DNA of 64,000 nucleotides from assembly GCA_963812605.1 (NCBI GenBank), contig CAWEWF010000006.1, positions 128,001-192,000 of the forward strand, written 5' to 3'. Source of the stretch: an uncultured Verrucomicrobiae bacterium. GTDB taxonomy: Bacteria; Verrucomicrobiota; Verrucomicrobiia; Palsa-1439. How positions within the stretch are numbered: position 1 is the stretch's first letter; each line of letters opens with the position of its first letter. A program made the position numbers and the translations under genes. Under the pieces are notes generated by a model. That model made no database searches. It saw nothing but the letters and a program-made list of their open reading frames with translations, and had not been told where the DNA came from. Shown here in pieces: positions 41,418 through 51,872 of this stretch.

Positions 41418-42905
41418 CTAAACTTGGCCAAGGTTTCGTGGTTTGAAAAATTTGTAATTGGGCAGCCGGGTATCATCGGGAACGAAGATTGCCGCGGAAC
41501 GCGCGGGGATGTCCAGCTTCAGGTTACCCGCTTCCATGTTGACCACCTGCGACGGATCGAGCAGGTTTTTCATGGGCAACGCGTGATAAAGATGCGAGTG
41601 CGGCGTGAAGACGATCTGGCGCAACGGCTGCGTGGAATTGTTGATCGCCACCAGCGCGACTTCGTTGATCTTGTCCGTGTGGCGAAGAAAAACCAGGGCG
41701 TCTTCGTCCAGTTTATGTCCCAGCACGGTGAGCCTGCCACGACGCAGCGCCGGGTGTGACTGGCGGATTTCGATGATCCTCTTGTAAAAACCCAGTGTCT
41801 CGTGGTCCCAGCGTTTCTCATCCCAAATCATGGGGCGACGGCAATCCGGATCGTGCCCGCCGTCCATGCCGATTTCCTCGCCGTAGTAGAGGAACGGAAC
41901 GCCTGGCAAGGTGAACTGCGCGACGACCGCGAGCCGCCGTTGGGCGGTATCATGGATCGTCCAGCGCAACCGCGGCGTGTCGTGACTCGAAAGCATGTTC
42001 CAGGATCGAATCGCGCCCGCGTGGCCGTAACCGTCATGGTATTCCCCGGCGCCATGGTTCATTTGCCGCGCGGAAACTTCGCCGGCGAGCCAGCCGAGCA
42101 CCGCGTCGCGGAAATAGTAGTTCATCACGCCGTGGAAAACCTGGTCGTTGTTGCACCAATCCCCCGCGTAGCACATCACTTCGCCCAGCAGCACGGCGTC
42201 CGGGAAACGTTGCCGGATCGTTTTGCGCATCTCATGCACGGTCTGCAAGCCGACATCCACGGCCACGTCGAAACGCCAGCCGTCCACGCCCAGCTCGAGA
42301 TACTTTTGCAGGACGCTGTTCTTGCCGCGAAACAGCCGCTTCTGCAGCGCCTCATTGGCCAGGTTCAACTCGGGCATGTGCCGATGGCCGCGCCAGCATT
42401 CGTATTCGCCGGACTTGAGGAAGGTAAAAAAATCCTTGTACGGTTTCTCGCCGCGCCGCGCCGCCAGGAACCAGGGATGGCTGTCGCTGACGTGATTGAA
42501 CACCGCGTCGAGGATCAGTCGCATCTTTCGCCGCTTCAATTCGCGGATCAACTGCTTCAGCGCCTTCTCACCGCCAAACTGCGGGTCGATGGTGAAAAAG
42601 TCGGTGGTGTCATACTTGTGGTTCGACGGCGCGATGAAGATCGGCGTCAGATACAACGCTGTCACCCCGAGGTCCTGGATGTAGTCGAGTTGTTCGTTGA
42701 TTCCTGCCAAATCGCCGCCGAAAAAATCTTTTCCGCGCGAGGGGTTCTCCGGCATTTCATCCCAGCGCCGGCGCGAATACGCGGGGTCATCGTAAAACGG
42801 CAGCGCCAGCTTCGATTCCGCGGTGTGCGGTTTGCCGACGGCGAACCGGTCGGGAAAAATCTGGTACGTCACCTGGTCGGCCATCCACAGCGGATCGTTC
42901 TTCAT
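41418..42905 (-). CDS. GH13 alpha-amylase/neopullulanase family glycosidase
   Basis: YQIFPDRF, SNHKYD, DAVFNH, DGWRFDVA, GEV, SSHD, YYGEEIG. Confidence 0.93.
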   Translation of the reverse strand: MKNDPLWMADQVTYQIFPDRFAVGKPHTAESKLALPFYDDPAYSRRRWDEMPENPSRGKDFFGGDLAGINEQLDYIQDLGVTALYLTPIFIAPSNHKYDTTDFFTIDPQFGGEKALKQLIRELKRRKMRLILDAVFNHVSDSHPWFLAARRGEKPYKDFFTFLKSGEYECWRGHRHMPELNLANEALQKRLFRGKNSVLQKYLELGVDGWRFDVAVDVGLQTVHEMRKTIRQRFPDAVLLGEVMCYAGDWCNNDQVFHGVMNYYFRDAVLGWLAGEVSARQMNHGAGEYHDGYGHAGAIRSWNMLSSHDTPRLRWTIHDTAQRRLAVVAQFTLPGVPFLYYGEEIGMDGGHDPDCRRPMIWDEKRWDHETLGFYKRIIEIRQSHPALRRGRLTVLGHKLDEDALVFLRHTDKINEVALVAINNSTQPLRQIVFTPHSHLYHALPMKNLLDPSQVVNMEAGNLKLDIPARSAAIFVPDDTRLPNYKFFKPRNLGQV

Positions 42906-42941
42906 GGCGCGGGATTCTAGGAGTTGTGATACGCTCGCGCA

Positions 42942-43874
42942 ATGCGCGAATCGCTGAAAAAACGCGGGACACCCCCGCGCTGGCAGGTCGCGCTGGCTTT
43001 CGTGGCGGTCTACTTCATTTGGGGATCGACCTACCTCGGCATCCATTTCGCGGTGGAAACCATCCCGCCGTTCTCAATGGCCGGCTCGCGGGCGTTGATT
43101 GCAGGTGCATTGCTCTACATTTGGGCCCGCGGACGCGGAGCTGCGCGTCCTGAAACTATCCATTGGCGTGAAGCGGCGATTGTCGGCGGTTTTTTATTAC
43201 TGGGCGGGAACGGGTTGGTGAGTTGGGCCGAGCAGTATCTTCCCTCGGGGGTGACGGCGCTGATCGTCGGCTCGATACCGCTGTGGATGGTGCTGCTGGA
43301 ATGGCTCTGGCACAGCGGACCGCGGCCGACGGTGGGGATCGTCTCGGGGCTCGTCGTGGGATTTGTCGGCGTCGGTTTGCTCGTCGCGCCCGTCGATCTC
43401 GGAAGCGGAGAGCGGGTCGATTCATCCGCGGCGATGGTGCTTTTATTGGGCCCGCTTTTCTGGGCGATCGGCTCGCTCTACTCGCGACGGGCGCGGTTGC
43501 CGTCGTCGCAGTTGCTGGGAGCGGCGATGGAAATGATCGCGGGCGGGGTGTTGCTGTTGGTGGCCGGCGCAGCGCTCGGGGAATGGAAGCATTTCAAATT
43601 GGCAGATGTGAGCGCCCACTCGGCAATCGCCTGGATTTACCTGACGCTCTTCGGATCGCTAATCGCTTTTACCGCGTACGTGTGGCTCTTGAAAGCCACG
43701 ACGCCCGCGCGGGTCTCGACCTATGCGTATGTCAATCCCGTGGTCGCGGTGATCCTCGGTTGGGCGCTGGCGAATGAGCCGATTACTCCGCGCACGTTGT
43801 TGGCGGCCTTGGCGATCTTTCTCGCCGTCGTGATTATCGTGACCCGCTCCAAGGAAGTGCCGGCGGAAACCTGA
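42942..43874 (+). CDS. EamA/YedA DMT transporter
   Basis: VYFIWGSTYL, GGNG, FGS.IAFTAY, YAYVNP. Confidence 0.93.
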   Translation: MRESLKKRGTPPRWQVALAFVAVYFIWGSTYLGIHFAVETIPPFSMAGSRALIAGALLYIWARGRGAARPETIHWREAAIVGGFLLLGGNGLVSWAEQYLPSGVTALIVGSIPLWMVLLEWLWHSGPRPTVGIVSGLVVGFVGVGLLVAPVDLGSGERVDSSAAMVLLLGPLFWAIGSLYSRRARLPSSQLLGAAMEMIAGGVLLLVAGAALGEWKHFKLADVSAHSAIAWIYLTLFGSLIAFTAYVWLLKATTPARVSTYAYVNPVVAVILGWALANEPITPRTLLAALAIFLAVVIIVTRSKEVPAET

Positions 43875-46646
43875 TCAGTGTTTCTTGGTCGCGGCAGCAA
43901 GCTCTTCCGTCAATTGCTTCTCCACCGCGGTTCGCACCAACGCGTCGTCGTTCTTGTATTCCGTCTTCGCCCAGGCCAATGCATGCTTGTCGCCGAGTTT
44001 TGCCAGCGCTTCGAGAATGTGCGGTCGCGCCCGTTGGGATGCCTTCGCGAAGGCCGCGCGCAACGGCCCGATGCTGGGTCGGCCCAGCGCGACGAGCGAA
44101 TCCTCGGCCGCATAGCGCACGTCCCACATTTCATCGTTGAGCGAGACGATCAATTTCGGAATCGCGCGCGCATCGGCGATCCGGCCGAGCGCTTGCGCGG
44201 CGTGCATCCGCACCAATTCCCGGTCGTCCGTGAGCGCGGCCATTGCGGGTTCAAACGCTGCGCGGGCGCGCAGGTGACCGAGCGTATAAAATGCGGTGGA
44301 TCTCGTCTTGTAACGGTCGATCAGCGGCAGCACATGCGGAATGGCTGCGCTTGCTTTCTCATCAAAGCGCGCCAGGAAATAGCAACACAGGCGGGCGACT
44401 TCGTCGTTCTTCGCGCGGTCGATTCCCTCAATGAGCAAGGGGATGGAGTTCGTGCCGAGACCGTCGATCACTTCCTCAGTCTTGGCGCGGACAAGAACGT
44501 CCGGACTGTCCAAGCGCGTGATGAGGTACGGCAGCGCCTCCACCCCGCGCTTCTTCAGTTCCTCTGTCGCCGCGGTGGCATCGGGCTTGTCGCTGCAAGC
44601 GCGGCGTAATAAGTGTTCGATGGGATGGTGCGGATCGACCGGGGCCGTCTGGTAAATACGGGTATGAGCTTGTAGGGCAGGCGGCCCGCCTGCCGTCATT
44701 TCCGGAATTGGCAGGTGGCCCGCCTGCCCTACAATATTCGTCGCGGCTTCGTAATCGAGTCCCGCGCCGTAAAGCGGCTTGAGCCAGATGGTGTTGTTCG
44801 TTTGGCCTTGCGAATAGTGGTCCTGGCCGCCAAGGTCGAGCAGGAGCGCGATGGAACCGTACTCGCGCTTGCCGCCATCGTGGCCGGCGGCTTGCGATTG
44901 GTTTGTATCAGTGCCGGTATACGAATCATTGCCGGCGCGGTCGAGCAGGAGCGCGAAAGAATTATTGATCGCCGCGCCCTGCGCGGTCGTATCGCCTGTG
45001 TATTTGTCGTCGCCGGCGCGGTCGATGAGCATGCCGACGGCATAATCGTGCGCCGCGCCCTGGCAAATGTGGCCGGCGGTATAGGTGTCGTTGCCGCTCC
45101 AGTCAATCAACGCGCCGCTGCTGAGATGAATCCCCGCGCCCTGACAGTATTGATACGCGTCGTAGGTATCGTTGCCTTCCGCATCGAGTAACAGGCCCAC
45201 CGAATACCAGTAGCTGGCGCCCTGGCCGTACACATCGGACACATAATGGTCGTCGCCCTTCAAATCGCAGAGGATGCCGATTCCTCCGCCCGCGAACGGG
45301 CGCATCCCGTAACCGAAACCCTGTGACAACGAGAAAAAATGATTCGGGAGCCAGCCGCAAGGATATTTGCCGCCGGCAAAATACGAATCGTCGCCGCTTT
45401 CGTCCAGCAGCAGCCCGAGTCCGCTCGTGCCGCCAAATCCCTGCGCCATCTCGGCCGCCTTGTACGTGGTATCGCCGCCGCGCTGCCACAAAATGCCCGC
45501 CCCAAACATTCCCGCACCCTGACAAAATGTGTCCGCCTCGAAGGTTTGTTTCCCCTCCCCCGTCATCAGCAAACCGCAACCGAAAAAGCCTGCGCCCTGC
45601 GACAGATGTTTTGCCTGGAACGTGCAATTACTGCCCAGCGCGGCGAGAATGCCAATGCCGAAGACTCCCGAACCCTGCGAGAAACTGCGCTTCGAGATGA
45701 ACTGATCGTTGCCGCCGAGATCAATCACAATGGAAATAGGCCGCCCGACCAATCCGTTCGCCCCGCCGGCGGAATTCAGGTAGGTGTCGTCGCCACCGGT
45801 GTCGATGATGAGAAACGCTTCGTTCGAGTACACGTTGTGCCCCGCCCCGCCGACGATGATCTTGCCAAGGGGAGTGTCGGTCTCGACTTGGAATTCCTGA
45901 CGCATTGCGGGATCGTCTTTTCCCGCTCGCAGGATGGCGATGGCCCTGTCTACGGAATCGGCCAGTTCTTCAAAAGCGGCAAACATGCCGACTAAATCCA
46001 GTTTGTCGCTTGCTTTGAGAATCGGAGTGGCGAGTTCGTCATCCTGGAGTTCGAGACTGTCACCGCGACGCAGCAAGTCGCGAAGTCCGCCGGTCTCGAT
46101 GCCCAAGTTTTCCCAGGACTTCAATTCTGCCTCGTCTTTATCCAACCCCAGACTGTCGACGGCGAAAGCCGCGAAGGCGCGATCTCGATCCGCCGGCAGC
46201 GATTGCAATAATTGCTGGTTCACCAACCCGGCGGTCTCCGTGATGATCTCGACAGCGCGCGCCACAGGTGGCGGCAGCTTCTTCATGAATTCCGCGTCGA
46301 TAGGAACCGGTGAATAAATCATTCGCACCATCGCTGGCGAAACTTCGATCTGTTCCCGCGAAAACCGCGCCAATGCCATCAATGAGGCGACCTTTTGCAA
46401 ATTGGACATCACGGATTGACCGTAGGCCGGCAAGGCCAGCGGGTGTTGCAGGAAGACGCTGGCTTTGTGAAGCACCAGTTCCGATTCGACGTTCGTTTTG
46501 ATGAACGAGAGATCGGCCGGGGTCATCTTGAGGGCGCGGAGCGCGAGTTCAAGGGCGTGTTCGTCCATGGAGTCGAAAGCGGGAGGAGTTTCCGCAGCGA
46601 CCACTGACGAGGCAATCAGGAATAGCACCAACAGTCGCGCGAGCAT
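43875..46646 (-). CDS. Large exported protein with Gly/Asp repeats and C-terminal HEAT repeats
   Basis: Signal peptide; repeated D..G.D.Y....QG.G...G.G units; VR..AA.ALG HEAT repeats. Confidence 0.8.
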   Translation of the reverse strand: MLARLLVLFLIASSVVAAETPPAFDSMDEHALELALRALKMTPADLSFIKTNVESELVLHKASVFLQHPLALPAYGQSVMSNLQKVASLMALARFSREQIEVSPAMVRMIYSPVPIDAEFMKKLPPPVARAVEIITETAGLVNQQLLQSLPADRDRAFAAFAVDSLGLDKDEAELKSWENLGIETGGLRDLLRRGDSLELQDDELATPILKASDKLDLVGMFAAFEELADSVDRAIAILRAGKDDPAMRQEFQVETDTPLGKIIVGGAGHNVYSNEAFLIIDTGGDDTYLNSAGGANGLVGRPISIVIDLGGNDQFISKRSFSQGSGVFGIGILAALGSNCTFQAKHLSQGAGFFGCGLLMTGEGKQTFEADTFCQGAGMFGAGILWQRGGDTTYKAAEMAQGFGGTSGLGLLLDESGDDSYFAGGKYPCGWLPNHFFSLSQGFGYGMRPFAGGGIGILCDLKGDDHYVSDVYGQGASYWYSVGLLLDAEGNDTYDAYQYCQGAGIHLSSGALIDWSGNDTYTAGHICQGAAHDYAVGMLIDRAGDDKYTGDTTAQGAAINNSFALLLDRAGNDSYTGTDTNQSQAAGHDGGKREYGSIALLLDLGGQDHYSQGQTNNTIWLKPLYGAGLDYEAATNIVGQAGHLPIPEMTAGGPPALQAHTRIYQTAPVDPHHPIEHLLRRACSDKPDATAATEELKKRGVEALPYLITRLDSPDVLVRAKTEEVIDGLGTNSIPLLIEGIDRAKNDEVARLCCYFLARFDEKASAAIPHVLPLIDRYKTRSTAFYTLGHLRARAAFEPAMAALTDDRELVRMHAAQALGRIADARAIPKLIVSLNDEMWDVRYAAEDSLVALGRPSIGPLRAAFAKASQRARPHILEALAKLGDKHALAWAKTEYKNDDALVRTAVEKQLTEELAAATKKH
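44670..44734. repeat. GTAG-type REP doublet (REPIN) inside the CDS
   Basis: TTGTAGGGCAGGCGG...CGCCTGCCCTACAA inverted pair; 27 bp identical (inverted) at 48951-48977. Confidence 0.85.
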
Positions 46647-46783
46647 GGCGTAGTTTGTTCGAGCGCCATCAAAATGTCCACACTGCAAAGGGCCAACCCC
46701 AAACGCTCGAGCGGCGCAGCCAGTCGAGGCCAGGAACGAACAGCGCTGCGCTCCCCGTGCCGACCCGCTAGCCGCTATCATCC

Positions 46784-47033
46784 GTGGAATATGAAGTTGA
46801 AATCAGCGACGAAGCAAAGGCCACGTTGCGGCTAATGCCGAAGGAAACCCGCCGCTCGATCGGATACAAAATCTTCCTGTTACAGAAGGGTTTGGGTCGG
46901 CAACGTGAAAAAACTGCGGGGCTCGACCAACGAATATCGGTTGCGCGTCGGCAATTATCGCGTACTGTTTGAACTCGAAGGAAAGACGATCATGATTTAT
47001 GCTATCGGAGATCGAAAGGACATATACCGATGA
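46784..47033 (+). CDS. RelE/ParE-family toxin (frameshift near 46895)
   Basis: YEVEIS..A...L; second frame VKKLRG...YRLRVGNYRVLF. Confidence 0.85.
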
Positions 47034-47230
47034 GCACGCCAGTTCTAAGTCGGAAATCCAGCCGAACAAAGCTGGACGCAAAAGTTCGCGAGGCTAAAGT
47101 CGTATTGCGGGAGTTACAGAGCATCCTGGAGGATTTGGACGACCGCCGTGAATTGGCCGCCGCCAAGAAGCGCAATGGCGGAAAGCGCGGGACCCCTTGG
47201 AGACAAGCCGCCAAGGAGCTACGGATCTGA
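47030..47230 (+). CDS. Probable cognate antitoxin (downstream of toxin)
   Basis: ATGA overlap; LEDLDD..EL..A ... PW..A.KEL typical antitoxin C-terminus. Confidence 0.7.
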   Translation: MSTPVLSRKSSRTKLDAKVREAKVVLRELQSILEDLDDRRELAAAKKRNGGKRGTPWRQAAKELRI

Positions 47231-47259
47231 CCCAACGCGAGATTGCACGCTTTTCTCGC

Positions 47260-47901
47260 TCACGAAAATCTATCGTCGGTCCATGGGTCGGCGGTGTTGG
47301 AATAGCCGCGAACTTCCCAGAAGCCGGGGTGATCTTCGGGTAGAAAAATGATGTCTTTGACCCACTTCGCGCCCTTCCAGGCATAGACTTTCGAGACGAC
47401 CACGCGCACGGGGCCGCCGTGTTCGCGTTCCAACAGTCGGCCTTCCCAATGATGAACGATCAGCGCGTCCTCGCGGGCCAGACCGAGCGGCAGGTTCGTC
47501 GAGTAGCCGTCGTAGCCGGTGAAGAGGACGAACTTCGCTTCCGGTTTCGGTTTCACGAGGTCGCAGATGGCTGCGAAGGCCACGCCCTGCCAGTGGTTGT
47601 CGAAGCGACTCCATGTGGTGACGCAATGGAAATCCGCAGTCCGCTCGACCTGCGGCAGGGCCAGGAAATCCGGCCACGTGAGCAGCTTCGGATTCTCGAC
47701 GAGGCCTTCGATGTTGAGTGACCACTTATCGAGCGGGATGTCGGGTTGAATGCCGAGATCGAGAACAGGCCAGTTCTTCACCTCGTGCTGGCCGGGTGGA
47801 AGACGCGACTTCGCGGCGGTGGGAGCATCACCCTTGTGAGAGTGACCGACCTTGGCGATGCGCTCCTTGCCTTTGATGAGTTTCTCGTTCAGCTCGTCCA
47901 T
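47260..47901 (-). CDS. Sulfite oxidase-like molybdopterin oxidoreductase (YuiH type)
   Basis: LPPGQ, DFHCVTTWS, HGGPVR, YAWKGAKW, GFWE.RGY. Confidence 0.9.
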   Translation of the reverse strand: MDELNEKLIKGKERIAKVGHSHKGDAPTAAKSRLPPGQHEVKNWPVLDLGIQPDIPLDKWSLNIEGLVENPKLLTWPDFLALPQVERTADFHCVTTWSRFDNHWQGVAFAAICDLVKPKPEAKFVLFTGYDGYSTNLPLGLAREDALIVHHWEGRLLEREHGGPVRVVVSKVYAWKGAKWVKDIIFLPEDHPGFWEVRGYSNTADPWTDDRFS

Positions 47902-48087
47902 GATTATCCTAGTAACCGGTTTGATAGTAAAAGACGAGGTTTGGTTTCGGGCGATGCGTAAAGCTTTGTCAGCTACGGCATAATGTGCAATTATTTATCG
48001 AGAAGTTTGGGAAGCAATTGCACCATGACAAGCTCTCGGCATAACAGGTGGCAAACAGCGAAAGTCATTTTACGGAGAGATTGAAGG

Positions 48088-48750
48088 ATGAAGTACTTGC
48101 CGGCCTACTCGTTCGACCCGATACAGTTTCATCGGATGCTTGAGAATAATGTGATCGTTGATGACAAGATCCGCCTTGACCTGCTGTTGATCCTGGCCAA
48201 GAAGCTGGTTTCAGACGCGTCACAAATCATGACAAGTGCGCTCGATAATATTCGTTTCGATGAATCATGGTTTGATACTTCCGATCCGACGATTAGCTAT
48301 GCCACCGAGTGCTATATGGTCGCCCTAACGAGCGTCCTGAGTGACTCGCCACCACTGAGCAATGTATCCGACGGCACGCTCCTTCGTATCCTTCCATTAG
48401 TCGGGTGGCTGAAGGAGAAGGTTGAGCTGTTGCGAGAAGGTCAACCACTCAGGTTGTTGGTAGAAACTCCCGTCAACCCCTTGTTCATTGCCACATTCCG
48501 GCCTCAGCAATATGGATCATGGTTATCGCTAGATGCAGTAAAAACGCTGCTTTCTGATTTCCAAGCGGTCGAGTCTCTCATTCGGAATCCCAATGATGAA
48601 ATGCTGCGGTCTGTCTCAGAGCATGTTGTTCCTTGGACCATACCGCAGCAACACCCTCGGACTTTGATAGCAGACGCCTACGCAGAGATTAGGAAGCGAC
48701 TTGAAGCTGCCGAGAGCCAAGGGTATGCCTTGTTCATGCCGTACCCTTGA
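48088..48750 (+). CDS. Hypothetical protein
   Basis: 220-aa ORF, visibly more AT-rich than neighbours; no family recognised. Confidence 0.55.
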   Translation: MKYLPAYSFDPIQFHRMLENNVIVDDKIRLDLLLILAKKLVSDASQIMTSALDNIRFDESWFDTSDPTISYATECYMVALTSVLSDSPPLSNVSDGTLLRILPLVGWLKEKVELLREGQPLRLLVETPVNPLFIATFRPQQYGSWLSLDAVKTLLSDFQAVESLIRNPNDEMLRSVSEHVVPWTIPQQHPRTLIADAYAEIRKRLEAAESQGYALFMPYP

Positions 48751-48767
48751 TAAGCGAGCGAGATTGT

Positions 48768-49232
48768 GGGCTCGTTTCCGAGAGAACGACAGCGACCCTT
48801 CGACAAGCTCAGGGTGACAAATTCAGGAATCGGGAGGAGGCACCGGTTTGGGATTAAGGCACCCGCTCCTTGATCCCCTTCGAGGAGGGGAAAGAGGCTT
48901 GGCCGGCACCTCGACTCAGTGAGGCGGCTACAATTCGTGTGACACCAACGACGGCAGGCGGGCCGCCTGCCCTACAATTAGGCTGTATCGTAAATCGATA
49001 ATTTTGCTGGACGCGATGCCTCAAAATGGGCATGATCGGTGTAGTTCTTTGACAACGCAGAGAAGCAGGCTTTGTTTGCCAAGGGGGAAGGGATCGCAAA
49101 AACATGTGTTTCTGCGAAACGAACCCAATTTCTTGGGAGGCGATTTTTTGTGCATCACCTTTATTGTAAGAGGCTTATCTTGTTTGCAGAGCGGTTTGCA
49201 AATGGGTTCGTTCTCGGAAAACGAACCCATTT
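48768..49232. repeat. Intergenic mosaic of several REP-like palindromes
   Basis: CCCTTCGACAAGCTCAGGGTGACA, two GTAG-type REPs, AAATGGGTTCGTT-N7-AACGAACCCATTT. Confidence 0.7.
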
Positions 49233-49422
49233 TCGGGCATTTAGGGTAAAATCGCAGTTGCAACGAAGCATAGTTACAACAGGTTGGAGATTTGATGGCA
49301 ATGGCGTTACGTCCGAGATTGACTTTGGGACGCGAATCTGTTTTCCTATTGTCCACAGCTTCACGGGTTAAGGAAGGTCTTTGGCAGCCGTCGTGCGCGT
49401 GCGAACCGGAGCACGTTGTGTC

Positions 49423-50886
49423 ATGAAATTTGACGGCTACGAAACAGACGGATTTTTCGACGAGATGTTTTCGCCGAACGGTCGTCCCCGCCTCGAAACG
49501 AAAGCGTTGGTCAAGAGACTCCAGTCGCTGCCACAGGGGGAATTGCAGCGTCGTCAAGGGGCCGCCGAGCGGGCGTTGCTTCAGCTCGGGATCACCTTCA
49601 ATGTTTACGGCGATGCCGCCGGCACCGAGCGCATTTTCCCGTTCGACGTTGTGCCGCGGGTGGTCGGCGCCAAGGAGTGGGAGCAGATCGAGCGCGGCCT
49701 CAAGCAACGCATCGAGGCGTTGAACCTTTTCCTCGACGATCTCTACCATGACCAGAAAATCATCAAGGACGGTGTCGTGCCCGAAGAAGTGATCCATTCG
49801 GCCAAGAGCTTCCGCGCCCAGTGCGTGGGCCTGAATCCGCCACGCGGGATCTGGTGCCACATTACCGGCACGGACCTCGTGCGCGACGGCGACGGGCAGG
49901 TGTATGTGCTGGAGGACAATCTCCGCTGCCCGTCGGGCGTGTCATACGTGCTGGAGAATCGGCAGGTGATGAAGCGCACGTTCCCGCAACTGTTCGAGGC
50001 GACGCGGATCCGTCCGGTTGTGGATTACCCGAGCCGCTTGCTGGAGATGCTCGAATCCCTCGCGCCGCCAAGCGTGCTGCAGCCACGGGTGGTCGTGCTG
50101 ACGCCGGGCGCTTACAACTCGGCGTACTTCGAGCATTCGTTTCTCGCGCAGCAGATGGGCGTGGAATTGGTCGAAGGACGGGACCTGGTCGTGGCCGACG
50201 GCCTGGTGATGATGCGCACGACGAAGGGTTTCGAGCGGGTCGATGTGATCTACCGGCGCATCGACGATGATTTTCTCGATCCGCAAACGTTCCGCGCCGA
50301 TTCGGAGCTCGGGGTGCCGGGATTGATGAACGTGTACAAAGCCGGACGCGTCGGCCTGGCCAATGCGCCGGGCACCGGCGTGGCCGACGACAAAGTCGTG
50401 TACGCCTACATCCCGAAGGTCATCAAATATTACCTCGACCAGGAGCCGATCATTCCCAACGTGCCGACGTATATGTGCTGGGAGGAGAAGGACCGGAAGC
50501 ATGTGCTTGCCAACCTCGACAAGCTGGTCGTCAAGGCGGCGAACGAATCGGGCGGCTACGGCATGCTGGTTGGTCCCCACGCCACGAAAAGCGAGCACGA
50601 GGAATTTGCGGTCAAGATCCAGGCCACGCCGCGCAATTACATCGCCCAGCCGACGTTGTCGCTCTCGCGCGTGCCGGTGCTGGTGGAAGACCATTTTGAA
50701 GGACGACACGTGGATTTGCGCCCGTACATTCTCTACGGCGAGTCGATTTACGTGCTTCCCGGCGGGCTGACGCGCGTGGCGCTCAAGAAAGGTTCGCTGG
50801 TGGTGAATTCGTCCCAGGGCGGCGGCAGCAAGGACACGTGGGTATTGTCCAACGGCGCCGGCAGCGAAGCCGAAGGAATCCACTGA
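49423..50886 (+). CDS. Circularly permuted type 2 ATP-grasp protein
   Basis: [51 protein letters not shown]. Confidence 0.95.
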   Translation: MKFDGYETDGFFDEMFSPNGRPRLETKALVKRLQSLPQGELQRRQGAAERALLQLGITFNVYGDAAGTERIFPFDVVPRVVGAKEWEQIERGLKQRIEALNLFLDDLYHDQKIIKDGVVPEEVIHSAKSFRAQCVGLNPPRGIWCHITGTDLVRDGDGQVYVLEDNLRCPSGVSYVLENRQVMKRTFPQLFEATRIRPVVDYPSRLLEMLESLAPPSVLQPRVVVLTPGAYNSAYFEHSFLAQQMGVELVEGRDLVVADGLVMMRTTKGFERVDVIYRRIDDDFLDPQTFRADSELGVPGLMNVYKAGRVGLANAPGTGVADDKVVYAYIPKVIKYYLDQEPIIPNVPTYMCWEEKDRKHVLANLDKLVVKAANESGGYGMLVGPHATKSEHEEFAVKIQATPRNYIAQPTLSLSRVPVLVEDHFEGRHVDLRPYILYGESIYVLPGGLTRVALKKGSLVVNSSQGGGSKDTWVLSNGAGSEAEGIH

Positions 50887-51857
50887 TGCTCAGCCGCGTC
50901 GCGGATTCGATCTATTGGATGAGCCGCTACATCGAGCGCGCCGAGAATGTGGCGCGGTTCATGGATGTCAATTTGCGCCTGATGCTGGATTTGCCGCTGG
51001 GCGCGGAAGAACAATGGGAGCCGATGGTCAGCACCACGGGCGACCACAAAGTTTTTGTCACCAAGTACCCCGAGGCCACGCGCGAAAACGTGATCCAGTT
51101 CCTGGCGTTCGACGCGAGCTATCCCAACTCGATTCTTTCCTGCTTGCGTTCGGCGCGCGAGAACGCCCGTTCCGTGCGGGAGATCATTTCCTCGGAGATG
51201 TGGGAACAATTGAACCAGTTCTACCTGATGGTCAACGACGCCGCCCATTCCCGGGAGACGATGGGCGAGCCCGCGGAATTTTTCGCGGCGGTGCGCAACG
51301 CCAGCCACTCGTTCGGGGGAGCGACGAACGCGACCATGTCGCACGGCGAAGGCTGGCATTTTTGCCGCCTCGGCCTGGAATTGGAGCGGGCGGACAAGAC
51401 CTCGCGAATCCTGGACGTCAAATATTTCATCCTGTTGCCGACCCCCGCGGACGTGGGCACGCCGATCGACGACATCCAATGGGCGGCGGTCCTGCGGTCG
51501 GCCAGCGCGTTTGAAATGTACCGCAAGCGGTATGGACGCATCCTGCCGGAGAAGGTGGTGGATTTTCTGCTACTCGATCGCGAGTTCCCGCGCGCGATCC
51601 ACCATTGCCTGATCAAGTCGGAGGAATCGCTGCACCTGATCTCGGGCACGCCGCTGGGGACTTTTCGCAACCCCGCCGAGCAGCGGTTGGGGCAGTTGCG
51701 TTCTGATGTGGCTTTTGCGCAGGTCGGCGATATTATCAGCAACGGATTGCATGAATTTCTGGACGGGTTCCAGAAGCGGCTCAACCTGGTTGGCCGGGCG
51801 ATTTTTGAGGCGTTTTTTGCGATTCGCCCACTGGCCGAGGGAGAGCGGTTCAAATAG
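50886..51857 (+). CDS. Alpha-E domain protein (DUF403)
   Basis: MLSRVAD..YWM.RYIERAE, ARENAR, LERAD, FPR. Confidence 0.95.
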   Translation: MLSRVADSIYWMSRYIERAENVARFMDVNLRLMLDLPLGAEEQWEPMVSTTGDHKVFVTKYPEATRENVIQFLAFDASYPNSILSCLRSARENARSVREIISSEMWEQLNQFYLMVNDAAHSRETMGEPAEFFAAVRNASHSFGGATNATMSHGEGWHFCRLGLELERADKTSRILDVKYFILLPTPADVGTPIDDIQWAAVLRSASAFEMYRKRYGRILPEKVVDFLLLDREFPRAIHHCLIKSEESLHLISGTPLGTFRNPAEQRLGQLRSDVAFAQVGDIISNGLHEFLDGFQKRLNLVGRAIFEAFFAIRPLAEGERFK

Positions 51858-51872
51858 CGAGGAGATCGACGA

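Noticed and set aside
48854-49371. Short ORFs in the repeat mosaic
   Set aside because: They are translations of palindromic repeats (RNEPN/RTNPF-type) with no coding support
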